From positions 8,758 through 72,757 of the forward strand of contig JBEKSS010000012.1 in assembly GCA_049516875.1 (NCBI GenBank): DNA of 64,000 nucleotides. Reading direction: 5' to 3'. Shown piece after piece: positions 62,109 to 64,000 of the stretch. A model generated the notes under the pieces. It did no database searches, was not told the DNA's origin, and saw nothing but the letters and a program-made list of their open reading frames with translations. This DNA comes from Candidatus Bathyarchaeia archaeon (GTDB taxonomy: Archaea; Thermoproteota; Bathyarchaeia; Bathyarchaeales; Bathycorpusculaceae). The translations under genes and the position numbers were made by a program. Each line of letters begins with the position of its first letter. Positions within the stretch are counted from its first letter, which is position 1.

Positions 62109-62678
62109 TTTTGAAACACCTCCGCTTAGACAACGCGCAGACGAGCTCCGCCAGAAGAGAATATCAGAAACATCCACTCTCGAATTTCCATTCGCTAGCC
62201 TCTGCTTCCCCGTATATCACCCTAATGAATGTTGACTCTTCAAGCCCTTTTTTCGAAGCTCTTTTGCTCCCTTACTTAGTAGCGCTCAAGGCGATTAACC
62301 CTTTCCATCAAGAAAGCTATGAGAATACACGCGCTAAAGCCAAAAATCTTGGGCAAACGGTCAAAACTCTTAAATTCTGCAAATTTTGACTTCGTTCTCG
62401 CAAAAATACCCAGCTTTTAAAGGCGCAGGTTTGAAAAGGCATATACGAGTTTTCTGCACCTGATTATAACCCATCACTTAAATGCGAAGTGAATACTGCG
62501 CCTAAAACCGGAATCTGGGACAAGGGAGCCGCACGAAAATATCCTCACGATGCTCTGTTGTTTAATCGGTTTATAAGGAGGTTTGCGCATTATGGGGCAG
62601 TAGCGTTCTGTTGTTGAAGGACGAGAAGAACACAGCAACGTTACACGTTACAATCAATGATGAAAAGAGTGATGGAAA

Positions 62679-62966
62679 ATGTCGGAAAAATCGGGAATCG
62701 TTTTCATTGGAAGCAAAACACCGATGGACTATGTTCTAGCAGTTATCACAAGACTATCGGCGAGCAATGCTAAGGAAGTAATTTTGAAAGCACGAGGACA
62801 AGCAATAACTACAGCTGTTGACGTAGCTGAAATAACCAGAAATCGCTTCCTAAAGGACCTAAAAATAAGCAGAATCACTATCGGGACAGAGGAGATGCCC
62901 GCAAGAGAAGGCGAAAATAGATCACGGATGGTTTCGACAATGGAAATAACGCTTGCAAAAGAGTAG
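62679..62966 (+). CDS. albA: DNA/RNA-binding protein Alba
   Basis: IGSK..MDYVLA, KARG.AI..AVDVAE, VS.MEI.L. Confidence 0.95.
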   Translation: MSEKSGIVFIGSKTPMDYVLAVITRLSASNAKEVILKARGQAITTAVDVAEITRNRFLKDLKISRITIGTEEMPAREGENRSRMVSTMEITLAKE

Positions 62967-63041
62967 GAAAACCTTGCGAAACACGTGCGCGAGCGCAATA
63001 ACAGTAAGGTACTATTAAGAAACGGGCAACGATGAGAAACA

Positions 63042-64000
63042 GTGAAGCTTGCTGTTCTGGTCTACGAGTATCCCCCAAAGATCGTCGGTGGCTTGGGAAC
63101 CTACTCGGCTGAAATAACTCGCCAGTTTGTTCTCATGGACAATGACGTTACAGTTTTCACCATGAATGATGATGCAAGTAGCCTACCGACGCGTCAGATT
63201 TGGCGCGGTATCGAAATCCACCGGCCGCAACACATCGACATTTCTCACTCGTTGCCCGATGTAGTTGCAGAAGACATAAAGAAATGGGGTAGTGGGATAC
63301 AGTGGTTCTCAAAAATCCTCGTGTACAATTATCTGAGCGCTGCAAAACTCGTTAATGAGTTGATAAGAAAAGAAGGCGTCAAGTTCGACCTTATCGTTGC
63401 CCATGACTGGCTTTCAGCTATAGGGGGAATGACTGTTAAGAAAGAGGCAGGGTTGCCTTTTGCGTTCCACGTTCACTCGACAGAGAAAGGAAGAACGTTT
63501 GGAAACGGCTCGGTTACGGTGAGCAACATTGAACTCCACGCGGCCATGGCGGCTGACCTTATCGTGACAGTTTCTTATGCTATGAAGGATGAGCTGGTAG
63601 GCCTCGGATTTCCGAAAGAGAAAATCCAAGTTGCCTACAACGGGGTCGACCCAAAGAAATACGATCCAGCAACAGTGACTCCTGAGCAGATCAAGAAAGT
63701 CAGAGCGATGTATGATATCAAAGACGATGACTACATGATTCTTTTCATAGGCAGACTCGTTGGCGTCAAAGGCGTTGACAAGCTTATCATGGCGTTGCCC
63801 CACATTCTGCCGAAAAATCCAAAGGCGAAGCTTGTAATTGTGGGTCAAGGCGACTTGCAAGAATACCTGATGAATTTGGTCAAAGCCACGAAAATGAGCG
63901 ATTTTGTGAAGTTCCGTTTCGAGTTCATCCCAGAAGAGGAACGTATCCTTCACTACGCAGCATGCGACGTCGCAGTTTTCCCAAGCTTCTATGAACCCTT
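63042..64000 (+). CDS. GT4 glycosyltransferase, partial (runs off window)
   Basis: MKLAVLVYEYPPKIVGGLG, AHDW, HVHSTE.GR, GRL...KG, PS.YEP. Confidence 0.9.
   Translation, partial: MKLAVLVYEYPPKIVGGLGTYSAEITRQFVLMDNDVTVFTMNDDASSLPTRQIWRGIEIHRPQHIDISHSLPDVVAEDIKKWGSGIQWFSKILVYNYLSAAKLVNELIRKEGVKFDLIVAHDWLSAIGGMTVKKEAGLPFAFHVHSTEKGRTFGNGSVTVSNIELHAAMAADLIVTVSYAMKDELVGLGFPKEKIQVAYNGVDPKKYDPATVTPEQIKKVRAMYDIKDDDYMILFIGRLVGVKGVDKLIMALPHILPKNPKAKLVIVGQGDLQEYLMNLVKATKMSDFVKFRFEFIPEEERILHYAACDVAVFPSFYEP

Overview
Archaeal chromosomal window, most consistent with Bathyarchaeia (TACK); this is inferred from gene content: DUF1512, Vps4/CdvC, Alba, TFE, archaeal DnaG and PolB, a Cren7-like protein and bacterial-type grpE-dnaK-dnaJ. 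It holds a small-HTH gene cluster, the DnaK operon, a metal-transport island, redox and peptidase genes, an intron-containing tRNA-Trp, a stand-alone 5S rRNA, map, trpS, pheST, tyrS, dnaG and polB. Three P-type ATPases occur in the window. A decaying region (about 52.3-61.6 kb) carries fragments of core genes and microproteins. The most unusual signals are: (1) short palindromic (CG)n tracts lying exactly at pseudogene breakpoints and frameshifts, in a genome whose PolB has lost all three proofreading motifs, hinting at polymerase-mediated end joining; (2) three genes, including dnaG, whose conserved N-termini begin at SD-preceded AAT-ACG with no canonical start; (3) an unidentified structured RNA of about 290 nt upstream of tyrS; (4) tRNA 3'-end remnants with a repeated GGAGATATCTCC palindrome. 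No CRISPR array was seen. All family calls come from motif recognition, not database searches.
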